Source: Macrostomum hystrix
Lineage: Eukaryota; Animalia; Platyhelminthes
NCBI GenBank assembly: GCA_950097015.1
Contig: CATNEN010000007.1
Coordinates: 10,540,001 to 10,604,000, forward strand
Direction of reading: 5' to 3'
DNA: 64,000 bases
Part shown: positions 1-10,280 of the stretch, in pieces
Position numbering within the stretch: the first letter of the stretch is position 1
Layout of the letters: each line of letters starts with the position of its first letter
Translations under genes and position numbers: made by a program
Notes under the pieces: generated by a model
The model's database searches: none
Seen by the model: only the letters and a program-made list of their open reading frames with translations
Told to the model about the DNA's origin: nothing

Positions 1-928
1 CAGCGCTCTTGATCAGGAGACAGGTAGAGGCTGCGATTATTAAATTTTGTAAAAGGACATCCGCAAATGAAAGAAGAGTATAAATAGTAGAAATGTGGGC
101 AAAGAACAGGCGCAAAAAATGTTTATCCAGTTATAATCCAATCACTACTCCCGACTCGCAACTGGTCTATAGGTCGGTGGTTCGAATCAGCGAAAAAAAA
201 TTCACGCGGGTTTTTTGTACAAAGGAAAATGCTTGATAGATTAAAGAGATTTGTCAAAATCCTGCTAATGGAAATCTCATCCCACAACACGATGGCGATA
301 TCCCTATTGGATCAGTGTTCTTGCTGCCAGCGTTGCCGCCAACGCCGCTCCCTGACGACGAGCAGAGGCACCAGCACCGGGCTGGCCAGCAGCAGCAGCG
401 GCGAGACGGCGAGGCCGACAATGGCAGCACCACCGACGCCAGCGGCAAGGAGGCCGCGCCGGAGAGCTCGGCGAAGTCGCGGACGGCCGGGCAGGAAGTT
501 GGCGCTGCAGCCGTAGACGCTGAGCCGGGACTCGTGGCCGCCGAGGAGCCGCTTGGGCAGCAGGCCGAGGAGGCGGCCCCGCTGCCAGAGCCGCTTGCCG
601 CACAGGTAGCAGAACTCGATGTGGCAGACCATGCAGGTCATGTGGCGGCAGCCGCCGTCCCGCTCAATCAGGGCCCGACACTGAGGGCAGTTGCGCGCCC
701 GCCGCGTCTCGGCGGCGCCGACAGCCGCGGCGTCTTCGTCCGGCCGCATCTCGCGGCTCCAGGCGGTCAGCAGGCTGCCGTCGGCGTCGGCCAGGTCCAT
801 GCACGCGTGGCCAGGGTGCGGCCCGTGGCAAGCGAAGCACCACGCGACTCCGCAGGACTCGCATTCGACTTCGTTGCTTTCAGCGTCGGCCGCGGCGCGG
901 CCGCGAGGTAGATCTCGGCGGCACACGA
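1..928 (-). pseudogene. Truncated duplicate of the 3' half of the RNF217-like RBR E3 ligase gene (partial IBR, RING2, TM, downstream flank)
   Basis: 1-928 is near-identical to 15699-16629 (offset ~15.7 kb, few substitutions, one 3-bp deletion GPRHPG>GPHPG). Homology stops at ~928, so RING1 and half of the IBR are missing. The frame stays open into the 48-bp repeat (ORF 312..1475). The duplication probably extends left of the window. Confidence 0.8.
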
Positions 929-950
929 TGTGTGGCATGTGTGGCAACCC

Positions 951-1478
951 TGCATGATGGGTATCAGGACCCGGTAGCTGATGGATGCGTGACAACCATG
1001 CATGATGGGTATCAGGACCCGGTAGCTGATGGATGCGTGACAACCATGCATGATGGTTATCAGGACCCGGTAGCTGATGGATGCGTGACAACCATGCATG
1101 ATGGGTAGCAGGACCCGGTAGCTGATGGATGCGTGACAACCATGCATGATGGGTAGCAGGACCCGGTAGCCGATGGATGCGTGACAACCATGCATGATGG
1201 GTATCAGGACCCGGTAGCTGATGGATGCGTGACAACCATGCATGATGGGTAGCAGGACCCGGTAGCTGATGGATGCGTGACAACCATGCATGATGGGTAT
1301 CAGGACCCGGTAGCTGATGGATGCGTGACAACCATGCATGATGGGTATCAGGACCCGGTAGCTGATGGATGCGTGACAACCATGCATGATGGGTAGCAGG
1401 ACCCGGTAGCTGATGGATGCGTGGCAACCATGCATGATGGGTAGCAGGACCCGGTAGCTGATGGATGCGTGACAACCC
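951..1478. repeat. 48-bp minisatellite, ~11 copies
   Basis: Unit TGCATGATGGGTA(T/G)CAGGACCCGGTAGCTGATGGATGCGTGACAACCA. Confidence 0.97.
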
Positions 1479-1830
1479 ATCTCGATGGGGATCAGTTGCG
1501 AGGATTCTGTTTGGGATCTTGCCATGAGAGATAGTTCAATAAACCATAAAAGAACCAAACAATTTGACATAGTCACCTGAACCGCTGAAGAGTACAGCTG
1601 CTAACACTGTAAGATGAGAATTTGTTGTAGAAATAGGTTGAAACGTGCGCCTCACAGGACAATATTACGAGCTCGTATGCGCATTGTTTAATGGTTTTCA
1701 AATAGCTCGTATATTTATCATAAAAAATAGGGCATCAAACTGTGAAATACTTAAGGTGTAGTGTACTCAATGTACGAGCCTAAAATAGCGTAAAATACTG
1801 TCGAATGACAAGAGTGTTTCTCAAGATATG

Positions 1831-1986
1831 TGTAAGATTGTTGGCAACATGTTTGCACACGCTATCTACGTTTGCATGCTGTACAATGATGTACATTCAT
1901 TAATCGTTAAAATATAAGCGAGTGAGTTGACGCCTTAAGTGGCGAGAATTTGGTCTACGCTACAATCTCGTTTTCGGCGGCTTACA
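1831..1986 (+). repeat. 5' LTR (156 bp)
   Basis: TGTAAGATTG...GGCGGCTTACA; differs from the 3' LTR by one substitution and a 4-bp indel. Confidence 0.95.
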
Positions 1987-1987
1987 C

Positions 1988-2002
1988 TGGTGACAGCGGT
2001 GG
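1988..2002 (+). promoter_or_regulatory. Primer-binding site, probably tRNA-Leu
   Basis: TGGTGACAGCGGTGG, 1 nt after the LTR; resembles the complement of the eukaryotic tRNA-Leu 3' end (TGGTGGCAGCGGTGG) with one mismatch. Confidence 0.7.
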
Positions 2003-2076
2003 CTGTGAAAAACAGTGAGAGCAGTGCTAGTGCAGAGAGCCCTGCAGTGGCAGTAGCGCAAGCCAGTTTTGTCAAC

Positions 2077-2847
2077 ATGTTTCTGCGACCGCCCCAATAC
2101 CAGTATGGGCAAGATTTTGAGCTCTGGCTGGCGCGTTTCAACAACTTTGCATCGTCCTTTCCGGAGGATCAGCGCAAAAATGCTCTACTGTCATTCCTCG
2201 ACGACAAAGCGTACCAAGCGGCCAGCAATCTGGCAGCTGCCCATTCCTACAGCGATTTTGAAAAGGCTTTGCTCAGTCGTTTCCGGCCATCTGCATCCTC
2301 TGCTGAGCTGCAAGCCCAGTTCTTCAGCCTCACTCAGAAGGACGGGCAGTCGGTTGCAGAGTACTCCGATGCCCTGGTCATCGCGGTGAAGCGCGCTTTT
2401 CCAAGTCTAGAGGAGCCTGCGACTGATGAGCGCAGGATGACGGAAGTGACAGCGAAGGACGAGCTGCTCAAAGGTCGATTTCTTTCTGGATTGAGAAACC
2501 CAGCTGTGCGGATGCAGACGCAGATGCAGCCGAAAGCGACGTTCACTGAGACGGTGGAAACAGCGAAGTTCGTCGAATCAGTGCAGTCACAAGGAGGCGC
2601 CGCCACTGCACTGGCTGCTGAGGCTCCCGAGGCCTTTGCTGTTGGAAATCAGCGGTCTCTGCAGGAGCTGTCGAACAAGCTCAGCCGTCTGGAGTCGAAA
2701 GAACAAAATCGTCGTGGAAGCGGCGACAGACGTGGAGTCGTGACGTGTTGGAGGTGCGGTAAGCCGGGCCACGTTCAAAGATTCTGCTCTCAGAAGTCGG
2801 GAAACTTCAATGGAGCGGCGACCGCCGGGGTGCCGTTCCGCAAGTGA
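2077..2847 (+). CDS. gag: Gypsy Gag with C-terminal CCHC zinc knuckle
   Basis: ATG at 2077; capsid-like LTQKDGQSVAEY and RFLSGLRN motifs; CWRCGKPGHVQRFC knuckle. Confidence 0.9.
   Translation: MFLRPPQYQYGQDFELWLARFNNFASSFPEDQRKNALLSFLDDKAYQAASNLAAAHSYSDFEKALLSRFRPSASSAELQAQFFSLTQKDGQSVAEYSDALVIAVKRAFPSLEEPATDERRMTEVTAKDELLKGRFLSGLRNPAVRMQTQMQPKATFTETVETAKFVESVQSQGGAATALAAEAPEAFAVGNQRSLQELSNKLSRLESKEQNRRGSGDRRGVVTCWRCGKPGHVQRFCSQKSGNFNGAATAGVPFRK
2799..2840 (+). promoter_or_regulatory. Programmed -1 ribosomal frameshift signal (gag to pol)
   Basis: Slippery heptamer G GGA AAC at 2799-2805, followed by a GGAGCGGC...GCCGTTCC stem; the protease ORF is in the -1 frame relative to gag. Confidence 0.75.
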
Positions 2848-3601
2848 GAATCCCGGCGCAGCCAGTCCTGGAGGTGTCCTGCTCAGCCACCGGCGCCAAC
2901 ATGTTGGTGCAGTGCCGCATTCTGCCGATGGGTGTCCCTGCCAGCTGTTTGGTTGACACTGGGTGTTCACAGTCGCTGATGTCGAGTTCCCTGTTTCGTA
3001 AGCTGAATGAGAAACTCCTGCCGTTGGCGACGCCGTGCATCTGAAGCTGGCAGACGGCAACTATTTGGCAGCCTGTGGTTGGCAGGAAGTGCAGCTGAGT
3101 TTCGGTGTTGCGACTGTTCGGCAGGAGGTGTTGATCGTCAACAATCTGGCGAAGGATTTTTTGTTGGGTGCAGATTTCGTGAGAAGTTGTGGCTGCATCA
3201 TCGACTGCAATCGTCAAACGCTCAGTGTGTGCGGTCAGCTAGTAAAAATGGAATCTTCAGCACAAGGGAGTGGTGCATTCGCCGTTGAAGTGGCGGACCG
3301 TACAACTGTACCCGCTGGTCATGAAATCGTGTTTCCTACGAGACTGGCGACTGGATCAGCGACTGCTGTTAATGGTGAGTGCGGAATCTTTGAGCCCGAC
3401 AATTCAAAGGAAATCTCAAATGTCCTGTGTGGAGCGCGCAGCCTATCCGTAATGCGAGGCGGACTCATCGCTGTGCACTATGTCAACATGGATACTAAGC
3501 CTCATACTTTTTACCCCGGAACCAAACTGGGGAGTTTCGAGCCGATGGAGACGGAGTCGCTAATGCAAGTTGAGTCAGTGAAAGACCAAGAAATTGAGCA
3601 T
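2805..3601 (+). pseudogene. pol: Gypsy pol, N-terminal part: aspartic protease plus linker, frameshift near 3035-3044
   Basis: CLVDTGCSQSL active site (ORF 2844..3044) continues in another frame as LADG...FLLGADF (ORF 3035..3604); cut by the LINE insertion at 3601. Confidence 0.88.
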
Positions 3602-3693
3602 TGACTTACTTGACTTAGCTGCAGGGGGCATCTTCCGGATGCAGCGGGGAGGCGTTGCCGCCCATTCCGCTAGCCCCTGGCGACCACGGGCAA

Positions 3694-6600
3694 CTAAAGC
3701 TGCGGTGTCGCGCAGGGGGATCCGGTGGTGCCGGCGTCCGCAGCGCGGTCCTCCTCCGGAGAGTCCAGGAGGTGGAGGGTTGCTCGCCCGGTGGCCCTCA
3801 GGTATCGGACGAGCTGGCAGATGTTCTCAGGCCTGAAAACGTCGGGGAGATCCGGGTTTGGGCCGAGATAGGTAAGCCTGTCCTGAGTGAAGGCGGGGCA
3901 GTCGCAAATAAAATGCTCTGCATCCTCAACATCGGAGAGGCAGAAGGGGCATTCCTCACTGCGGATTTTGCCTTGCAGGAAGCGGTGCCTGGCGAAACAG
4001 CCATGGCCAGAGAGGGCCATGGTAACTGCCCTGATGTCCTTGCGGTTCAGTCCAAGCAAGGCTTTGCGAAGGGCAGTGGAGGGACAAGGGACAGCAGCGC
4101 GAGACTGCCGACAATCGGCGGTATTGATCCATCTGTCCTTGTGCTTTGAGGTCACCCACTGGTTAATCCGAGTGTTGACGACGGCGGTAGGGGTGGAGAC
4201 CGCAGGCACGGGGCCAAAGAGCGAACCCGTCGAACCGGCCTTGGCGAGGCTGTCGGCCAATTCGTTACCAGGGTGGCCAGAGTGCCCTGGAATCCACCTT
4301 AGGGACACCTTGTTGTGGGTCCCTAAGCGGTTGAGTTGCGCGACGCAGTCGAGGACTGTGCGCGAGTAGGTGTGCGTGCGTCCAAGGGCATGGATCGCCG
4401 CCTGGCTGTCCGAGTGGAGGAAGATTTCTGCTCCGTGGACGTTTTTGTTGATCAGCTCCAGGGCGCAGGAGCTGATGGCGAGAACTTTGTTCTGGAAAAC
4501 GGTAGAGTTAATGCCGGTGTGCTGGGAGAAGGTCGCCACAGTTCTCCCTCCGGACATAATGCAGTAGCCGAAACCAGAGACCGAGTTGATTTGCGATCCG
4601 TCGGTGAAGCAGTGAATTTCACGGGGTTGGCCGTGGTCACATACTTCCTGGCGAGGCGGAATGCTGGTTTTGAATTTTTGCGGTGGGCACAGCGTCGACG
4701 GGATTCCGTCTGAGAGAATTTTGAGACTTCCTGCTGTGTCCAGGTCCCGTAGGCTGAGGTCGCCATGGGGCTGGAGGTTCCGCTTGCTGAAGGCAAGTTG
4801 CTTCCGGATGGAGATGCCCGCGTCCAGAAGACGGCGAGCCGTCTTCATCGCTTCCCCCTTGATAAAAAGATCTAAAGGGGGAAGGTCCAGGAAGGCATTC
4901 ATGCCAGCGAAGGGAGTGGAGGGTGCCGCACTCATGATGGCTCGACAAGCACGGCCCTGCACCTTGTTTAGGGCCTCCAGGACCCCTTTGGTCTCCAGGG
5001 CACTATTCCAGATGAAGCCGGCAAAAGAGATGGCCGGTCTAACAATGGTAGTATAAATCCACCAGAGACGGCGGGGGGTGAGGCCCCAGGTGGCGCCGAA
5101 GGCTCTGCGGATCTGCGCGAGCATCGCAAGAGCTTTGCGGGTTTTGAATTTGACGTGAGGTGTCCAGCTCAACCTGTGGTCGAGGATGACACCTAAGCAT
5201 CTGGTTTTCTTTTCCATGGCGATGGGTTTGTCATAGAGAAGGAGAGGCTCAATCCTCCAGTTTCGTTTGCTGGTGAACATAATGGCGACGGTCTTGGACT
5301 CAGAGAGTTTGAGGCCGCAGCTATGAGCCCAGCGCTCGGCACGGTGGATGAAAGCTTGCTAGAGGTCTCTAAGGACCGGGGGAGACGGTCCGGCCACGGT
5401 GGCGGTGACGTCGTCAGCATAGCCGATCTTCTGGACCGGGTCCGGGTCAGGGCTGCAGAGCAGCTCGTCCATGACAAGGTTCCAAAGGATCGGACTGAGA
5501 ACGCCACCCTGCGGGCCTCCCTTCTGGACATTCACAGAACGGGAGTGGCCAAGCAGGTGCGAGGTGGCAGTTCGGTGAGAGATCATATACATGATCCAGC
5601 GGGTGAGGTTCTCGTGCGTAGCCCGGCGTTCCAGGGCTCGCCTAAAGGCTCCGAAAAGCACATTGTCGAAGGCACCATCAATGTCGAGGAAAAGCGAGAG
5701 AGCAAAACCGGTGCCAAGCACGGCGCACAGCTTGTCGACAATGGCATGCAGAGCACTTTCGATGGAACGTCCGGATCGAAAAGCGTGCTGGTTGGCGGAG
5801 AGCGGGGAGTTCCTCAGCTCAACGGGAAGGAGGCGCCAAAGAACAAGCCTTTCAAGCAGCTTAAGAAAGAAGGATGTTAAGCTGATGGGGCGGAAGGCCT
5901 TGGCGGAGTGGTAGTCTCCCTTCCCAGGTTTGGGGATGAAGACGATAGTGGCTTCCTGCCAAGACCTGGGTACGTACCCGAGGGTGATACAGGCCTTGAA
6001 CAGGTTGCAAAGGAGGCCGAGGAACCTGTCATTTTTCACCGCTTCATGTAGGAAGGCGGGGTAAATGTTGTCAGGTCCAGGCGACTTAAAAGGCGAGAAG
6101 GAGTTTGCAGCGCGAGCTGTCCGTTCTCTAGTGATAATAGTTGTCGCAAGGATGTGTCCACCCGGAGTGTGGTCCGGCGGGTCCTGAAGCGGCTCAGTCC
6201 GGGGGAAAGCGCTGGCGAGCATGGCGAGGTCCAGCGATTCGCCAGGATTCTCAGCAAGCCGGCCGTCCGGTCTTTTGATCACTGAGAGCTTCGACATTTT
6301 GTCAAGAGTGAGCGCTTTTACCACGCGAGAAGTTGGGCGGGCGCCCTCCAGCTCGGAGCAGTATTGGCGCCACTTTTCGGACTTCGCTTTCCTGGTGTCA
6401 CGCTTAAAGTCACGAATCGCATTCTGGTAGGCGGTCAGGTCAGCTTGGTCCTTGCTTTTCCGCGCAATCCGCTGGAGGGATTTGGCCTTGCGCCGGAGGG
6501 TTCCAAGCGCTGGGTTCCACCAGGGAGCAGATTTTTTGCCTTTGTAGGCTTTAAGGGGGCAAGAGGTTTCATGAGCTGTCAAGATGGTCATGCTGAGTAA

Positions 6601-7593
6601 ATCAGCCAGATCGTCCACTTCTTGACAGGTGGCAGGAACAACGGATTCTAACTGGTTGGTCTGGCGCTTCACGGATTCCGCAAAGGCCATCCAGTCAGTA
6701 TTCCGGGCGTTCCTTTTCCACAGAATACCAGGCTTGGAGTAGGAGCTTTGCAACCGGAAACGAATGAAGCGATGGTCAGACAGAGATTCCTCTTCGTCCC
6801 ACACCTGCCAGTTTCTGATCAGAGGGATCAGGCCCTGAGAGGCAAGGGTGGCGTCAAGGACCTCCGTCCATCGCCCATTGTCAAAGGTGGGTGTGCCACC
6901 CGAGTTGCAGAACTCAATATTGGTGGTGCAGATGTAGGCAAGGAGATCCTCGCCTCTGCAGTTTGAAGTAACACTGCCCCAGTGGGTGTGGTGGGCATTT
7001 ATGTCGCCTGCCACCAGCAGCTCAAAGTCGCGGTCTGAGCAGTAGTCCACGAGGGAAGTGAGACTGGGCGGAACCGCGGGACCGTCACCAGGAATGTAGA
7101 TAGAGGCGATGATGACGGTGCGGTTCGGGAGAATGTGGTTGGTTTGGATGACACAGAGGTCTTTGTCAGAGAGGTCTGGTCTATACCAAGCTTTGAGATC
7201 GGTAGTCGCGAACACAGCAGCCCTGGGGTTTTGGGGCATGAAATAACAGTCAAAACCTGCAGGAATGTTCGGAATCTTACCTTTCTTCGTCCAGGGCTCT
7301 TGGAGGAGGATGATGCCCGGTTTTTCGAAGTCCACCACACGCGCCAGGTTGGTCGAGGCCGCGATGCAGTGGTGCAGGTTCAGCTGCAGGAAGCTCACCT
7401 CAGGAGGGGCGGTCCGTGCGGCTATCTGCTGGCCTACGGCGAGTTGTTCAGGAGCGATTCCTCGTCCTCGCCGGTGTTTTGCCCGAGCTCCATCGGTTCC
7501 TCCTGAATCGGATCCAGAGCTGAGGCCGGGCTGCCGCAACAGCGGCATCCGTATCCTCAGCCCGGTTTTCCGCCGGGGGTTCCGATGAAACAT
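3694..7593 (-). pseudogene. LINE ORF2: APE endonuclease, reverse transcriptase, RNase H, CCHC knuckle; one in-frame TAG at 5359-5361
   Basis: LQLNLHH, LQEPW, GDINAHH, SDH (APE); KSPGPD, FRPISL, QGGVLSP, YADD (RT); FTDGS, SDSQAA, WIPGH, GNELAD (RNase H); [14 protein letters not shown]. ORFs 5359..7623 and 3694..5280 are the same frame separated by a single stop. The RNase H Glu position reads VFQNKVLAI, which looks mutated. Confidence 0.92.
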
Positions 7594-8926
7594 TGGGCCG
7601 GGTGGTGCTGCGGTGGCGTCCACTGTTGGGGTCCGACAGCTGTCCGGCGCGCTGAGTCAGGCCAGTACGGATGGTGTTGCGGGCGGGTTTCCGGCCCTTA
7701 CCACGTCCGCCTGTCGTTGCGGCTCGCGCGGCTTTGCCCCTGATAGGGTCCGCATCCTCGGAGTGGTCGTGACGACCAGGAGTCTGTGTTCCAGGGCGCA
7801 GGGGCCCGGCAGAGCTCTGGTTCGTCCGTTTCCGCTTTTCCGGGGGCGGCGGGCGAGTGGCGTCGGACTCGAAGCTGAAGATCTGCATTCGAGTGAGGCC
7901 TGCACTGATGTAGGACATTTCTGGGCAGCGGAGCATCCAGCTGTCCGACAATCCTAGGATGGCCGTGAAACCGTCTCCACCAGGTCTGGTGATGGTTTCA
8001 TGAACCACGACACCGTTTGCTGGCAGATCCGGGTGGATTGCCAACAGCAGGCGACGCAGTTCTCCGGCGTTGGTGATGGCGCTGCGAGCTGGGATCCAAA
8101 CACGATGACGGTGTGTCTGGGGGCGCTCGTCCTCCCTGTAGATACACAGGTTGCCCATTTCCGTGCCCCAGTCGAAGGATTTCAGCATCTCGAGGAGTTG
8201 CTGTCCGGACTGGTTGTCGGCAGGCTGGACAATGAGGGCTTGGTCCTGGATGTCGGTCTTCAGGACGTGCAGCACAGTGCCGCTCAGTGCCAGTTTGACC
8301 AGATGGGAGTCCAATCTGCGCCCGATCTGGTCGAGTTGCGCTGTTGAGAGGGGCGTCTCCTGGCCTCGGACAACCAAGGCCGGCTGCCTCTTTGCCATAG
8401 CAGCGTAAGTGCGCTTTGGCTTTGTGGTTTGGCCGGCGCCTCCCGCAGCGGGCCCCCCAGCAGTCGTCGGAGTTTCCGGATGACTGTGAGAGGTTCCGCC
8501 GCGAGAGGAACCGGACTCCCCAGAGGCCTGGGCGGCTCTTTTCCGCGCTTCCGGGTTTCTCGGACGGCGCGAGGAGTCCGCCTCCTTGTTGGGTGCCGGT
8601 TCCTCCGCGATGTTCGCAGAGTTGCCGGCCCCCTCCTCGGAGGCGGTGGTTGGCGCGGATTTCGCAGCCAACCGTACTTCCTGTTTTCGCCGCCGGAATT
8701 CCTGGAGGCGGGCGAAGCTGCGGGCGTGCGTGGAAGGGGAGCGTTTGCTCTTTGATCCAGCCGCTCTGGTGTTTTCCTGAGTGGCGGAGGAGCAGGATGG
8801 ATTTTGGGCGCCGGTGGAACCGGTGTCGCCCTGGCGCTGGTCCTGAGGATCTGCGTCGCCGGCCGGGGTCAGCGTTTCAGCAGGGTCCTGGGACGTGCTG
8901 GAGCTGTAGTTGGACTCCAAAGGTCG
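7448..8926 (-). CDS. LINE ORF1 (basic disordered N-terminus plus a DUF4780-like domain); lacks its own upstream ATG
   Basis: Open frame of ~490 codons; KRTYAAMAK, RVWIP and HPDLP motifs resemble ORF1 proteins of LOA/R1-group elements (from recall, not searched). First in-frame ATG is at 8398. Overlaps the start of ORF2. Confidence 0.8.
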   Translation of the reverse strand, partial: RPLESNYSSSTSQDPAETLTPAGDADPQDQRQGDTGSTGAQNPSCSSATQENTRAAGSKSKRSPSTHARSFARLQEFRRRKQEVRLAAKSAPTTASEEGAGNSANIAEEPAPNKEADSSRRPRNPEARKRAAQASGESGSSRGGTSHSHPETPTTAGGPAAGGAGQTTKPKRTYAAMAKRQPALVVRGQETPLSTAQLDQIGRRLDSHLVKLALSGTVLHVLKTDIQDQALIVQPADNQSGQQLLEMLKSFDWGTEMGNLCIYREDERPQTHRHRVWIPARSAITNAGELRRLLLAIHPDLPANGVVVHETITRPGGDGFTAILGLSDSWMLRCPEMSYISAGLTRMQIFSFESDATRPPPPEKRKRTNQSSAGPLRPGTQTPGRHDHSEDADPIRGKAARAATTGGRGKGRKPARNTIRTGLTQRAGQLSDPNSGRHRSTTRPNVSSEPPAENRAEDTDAAVAAARPQLWIRFRRNRWSSGKTPARTRNRS

Positions 8927-8962
8927 CTGGAAAGAATGAAAGAAAAAATAAAAATAAAAACT
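8927..8962 (-). promoter_or_regulatory. Strong 3' splice acceptor directly in front of LINE ORF1
   Basis: Minus strand AGTTTTTATTTTTATTTTTTCTTTCATTCTTTCCAG|CGACCTTTGGAG: a long polypyrimidine tract plus CAG, in an otherwise GC-rich element. Confidence 0.75.
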
Positions 8963-9052
8963 GCTAATGGCCGGATAGACTCCCCGGACCTTTCAGCCCC
9001 TCAGCGCGGTGAGACCTTAGGCATAAGAGGACACCTAAAGCAGTGCCAGGCC

Positions 9053-9320
9053 CGCAGACTGGCTGCGTACCCTGTTAAGGTCAAAGGGTGACACCTTTCC
9101 CTCAGAGCCGTAGCCAGAGGTACCTGATCACGCACAGGTGCACGAAAGCTGCGGACTGGCCACATACCCTGTTAAGGTCAAAGGGTGACACCCTTCCCTC
9201 AGAGCCGTAGCCAGAGGTACCTGATCACGCACAGGTGCACGAGCGCTGCGGACTGGCCGCATACCCTGTTAAGGTCAAAGGGTGACACCTTTCCCTCCAG
9301 CCGGGGCTAGAGGTACCCAG
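9053..9320 (-). repeat. 97-bp tandem monomers (~2.7 copies) in the LINE 5' region
   Basis: ACTGGC..TACCCTGTTAAGGTCAAAGGGTGACACC recurs at 9058, 9155 and 9252. Confidence 0.9.
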
Positions 9321-9599
9321 TTTGGCCGGAGGCCCTGGATGGGTCATCCAGCGCTGTTGCCCATTCTGTCCGGCTGCCCTAGGGTCAGCCTTGAACACTC
9401 GCGGGACATGTACCCATGGGTCAGCTGACGGGACAGCGTGGAGGGATTCCTGCACCCGAAGGCACAGGGCTCCTTCCTGCCAGGCCTGCTCAAAAAGCGA
9501 CTGCAGGTGTGAGGCATCGCAGACCTTAGCCCGTGGGCCTGGTCTGACTCATACCTCACAAGCGCTGTGTCCCGCCGGTGCGAGCAAGAAATTGAGCAT

Positions 9600-10280
9600 G
9601 GACCCGATGTTGTAGCGCAAGTGCATATCGATGAGAACAATCTGACAGCCAATCAAGCCCGGAGTGTCAAGGACATGCTGCATCAGTACCGGGATGTGTT
9701 CTCAAAGAGTCCGAACGACCTGGGCTGCACTACACTGCTGGACCACAAAATCGACACGGGGTCGGCGCAGCCCATCAGAGTACCTCCTCGGCGGTTATCG
9801 CCTCCGAACCAGCGAGCGGTGTCAGAGATGGTCGAGCAGATGGTGCGAGACGACATCGTAGAGCCGTCGAGTTCTCCATGGTCGAGCCCAGTCATCCTGG
9901 TGAAGAAGAAGGACGGTAGTTTGCGTTTCGTGAACGATTTCAGACTGCTCAACTCTGTGACCGTGAAGGACAGTCATCCACTGCCTCACACCAGCGATCT
10001 GATCGACGCCTTGGAGGGATCCACGATGTTTTCGACGCTAGATTTCACCAGCGGCTACTCTCAGGTGATGTTGGACTCGCAGAGTCGTGAAAAAACTGCA
10101 TTTCCTGCGCCACAGGGATTGTTCCAGTACAAGAGGCTGCCTCAAGGAGTCTGCAACGGGCCTGCCACATTCTCGAGACTGATGGAACTCGTGCTGAAGG
10201 GTCTTCGATGGGAAGTATGTCTATCATTTCTCGATGACGTAGTCATATTTTCGAAAGGATTCGAGGAGCATCTTCGTTGA
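9600..10280 (+). pseudogene. pol: Gypsy pol reverse transcriptase, truncated after the catalytic motif
   Basis: PWSSPVILVKKKDGSLRF, FSTLDFTSGYSQV, KTAF, LPQGVCNGPATF, FLDDVVIF, then an abrupt break. Confidence 0.92.

Larger units (their letters stand above)
3602..9584 (-). mobile_element. Full-length non-LTR retrotransposon, LOA/R1-like with RNase H, inserted antisense into Gypsy pol
   Basis: 15-bp TSD CAAGAAATTGAGCAT at 3587-3601 and 9585-9599; removing the element restores pol (KDQEIEH|GPDVV). Short-repeat 3' tail TAAGTCAAGTAAGTCA on the minus strand; ORF1 plus ORF2; ~660-nt 5' region. Confidence 0.95.

Noticed and set aside
160-200. tRNA-like GGTTCGAATC motif (also at ~15877)
   Set aside because: Isolated B-box-like match with no cloverleaf.
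3594-9091. Many plus-strand ORFs over the LINE
   Set aside because: Shadow ORFs of GC-rich coding sequence on the opposite strand.
9320-9584. HDV-like or hammerhead ribozyme call, or a true SL RNA gene, for the LINE 5' module
   Set aside because: A 7-bp P1-like helix exists but P3/L3/P1.1 do not fit; there is no CUGANGA-stem-GAAA core; the donor is not preceded by AUG and the U-tract lies in a hairpin loop.
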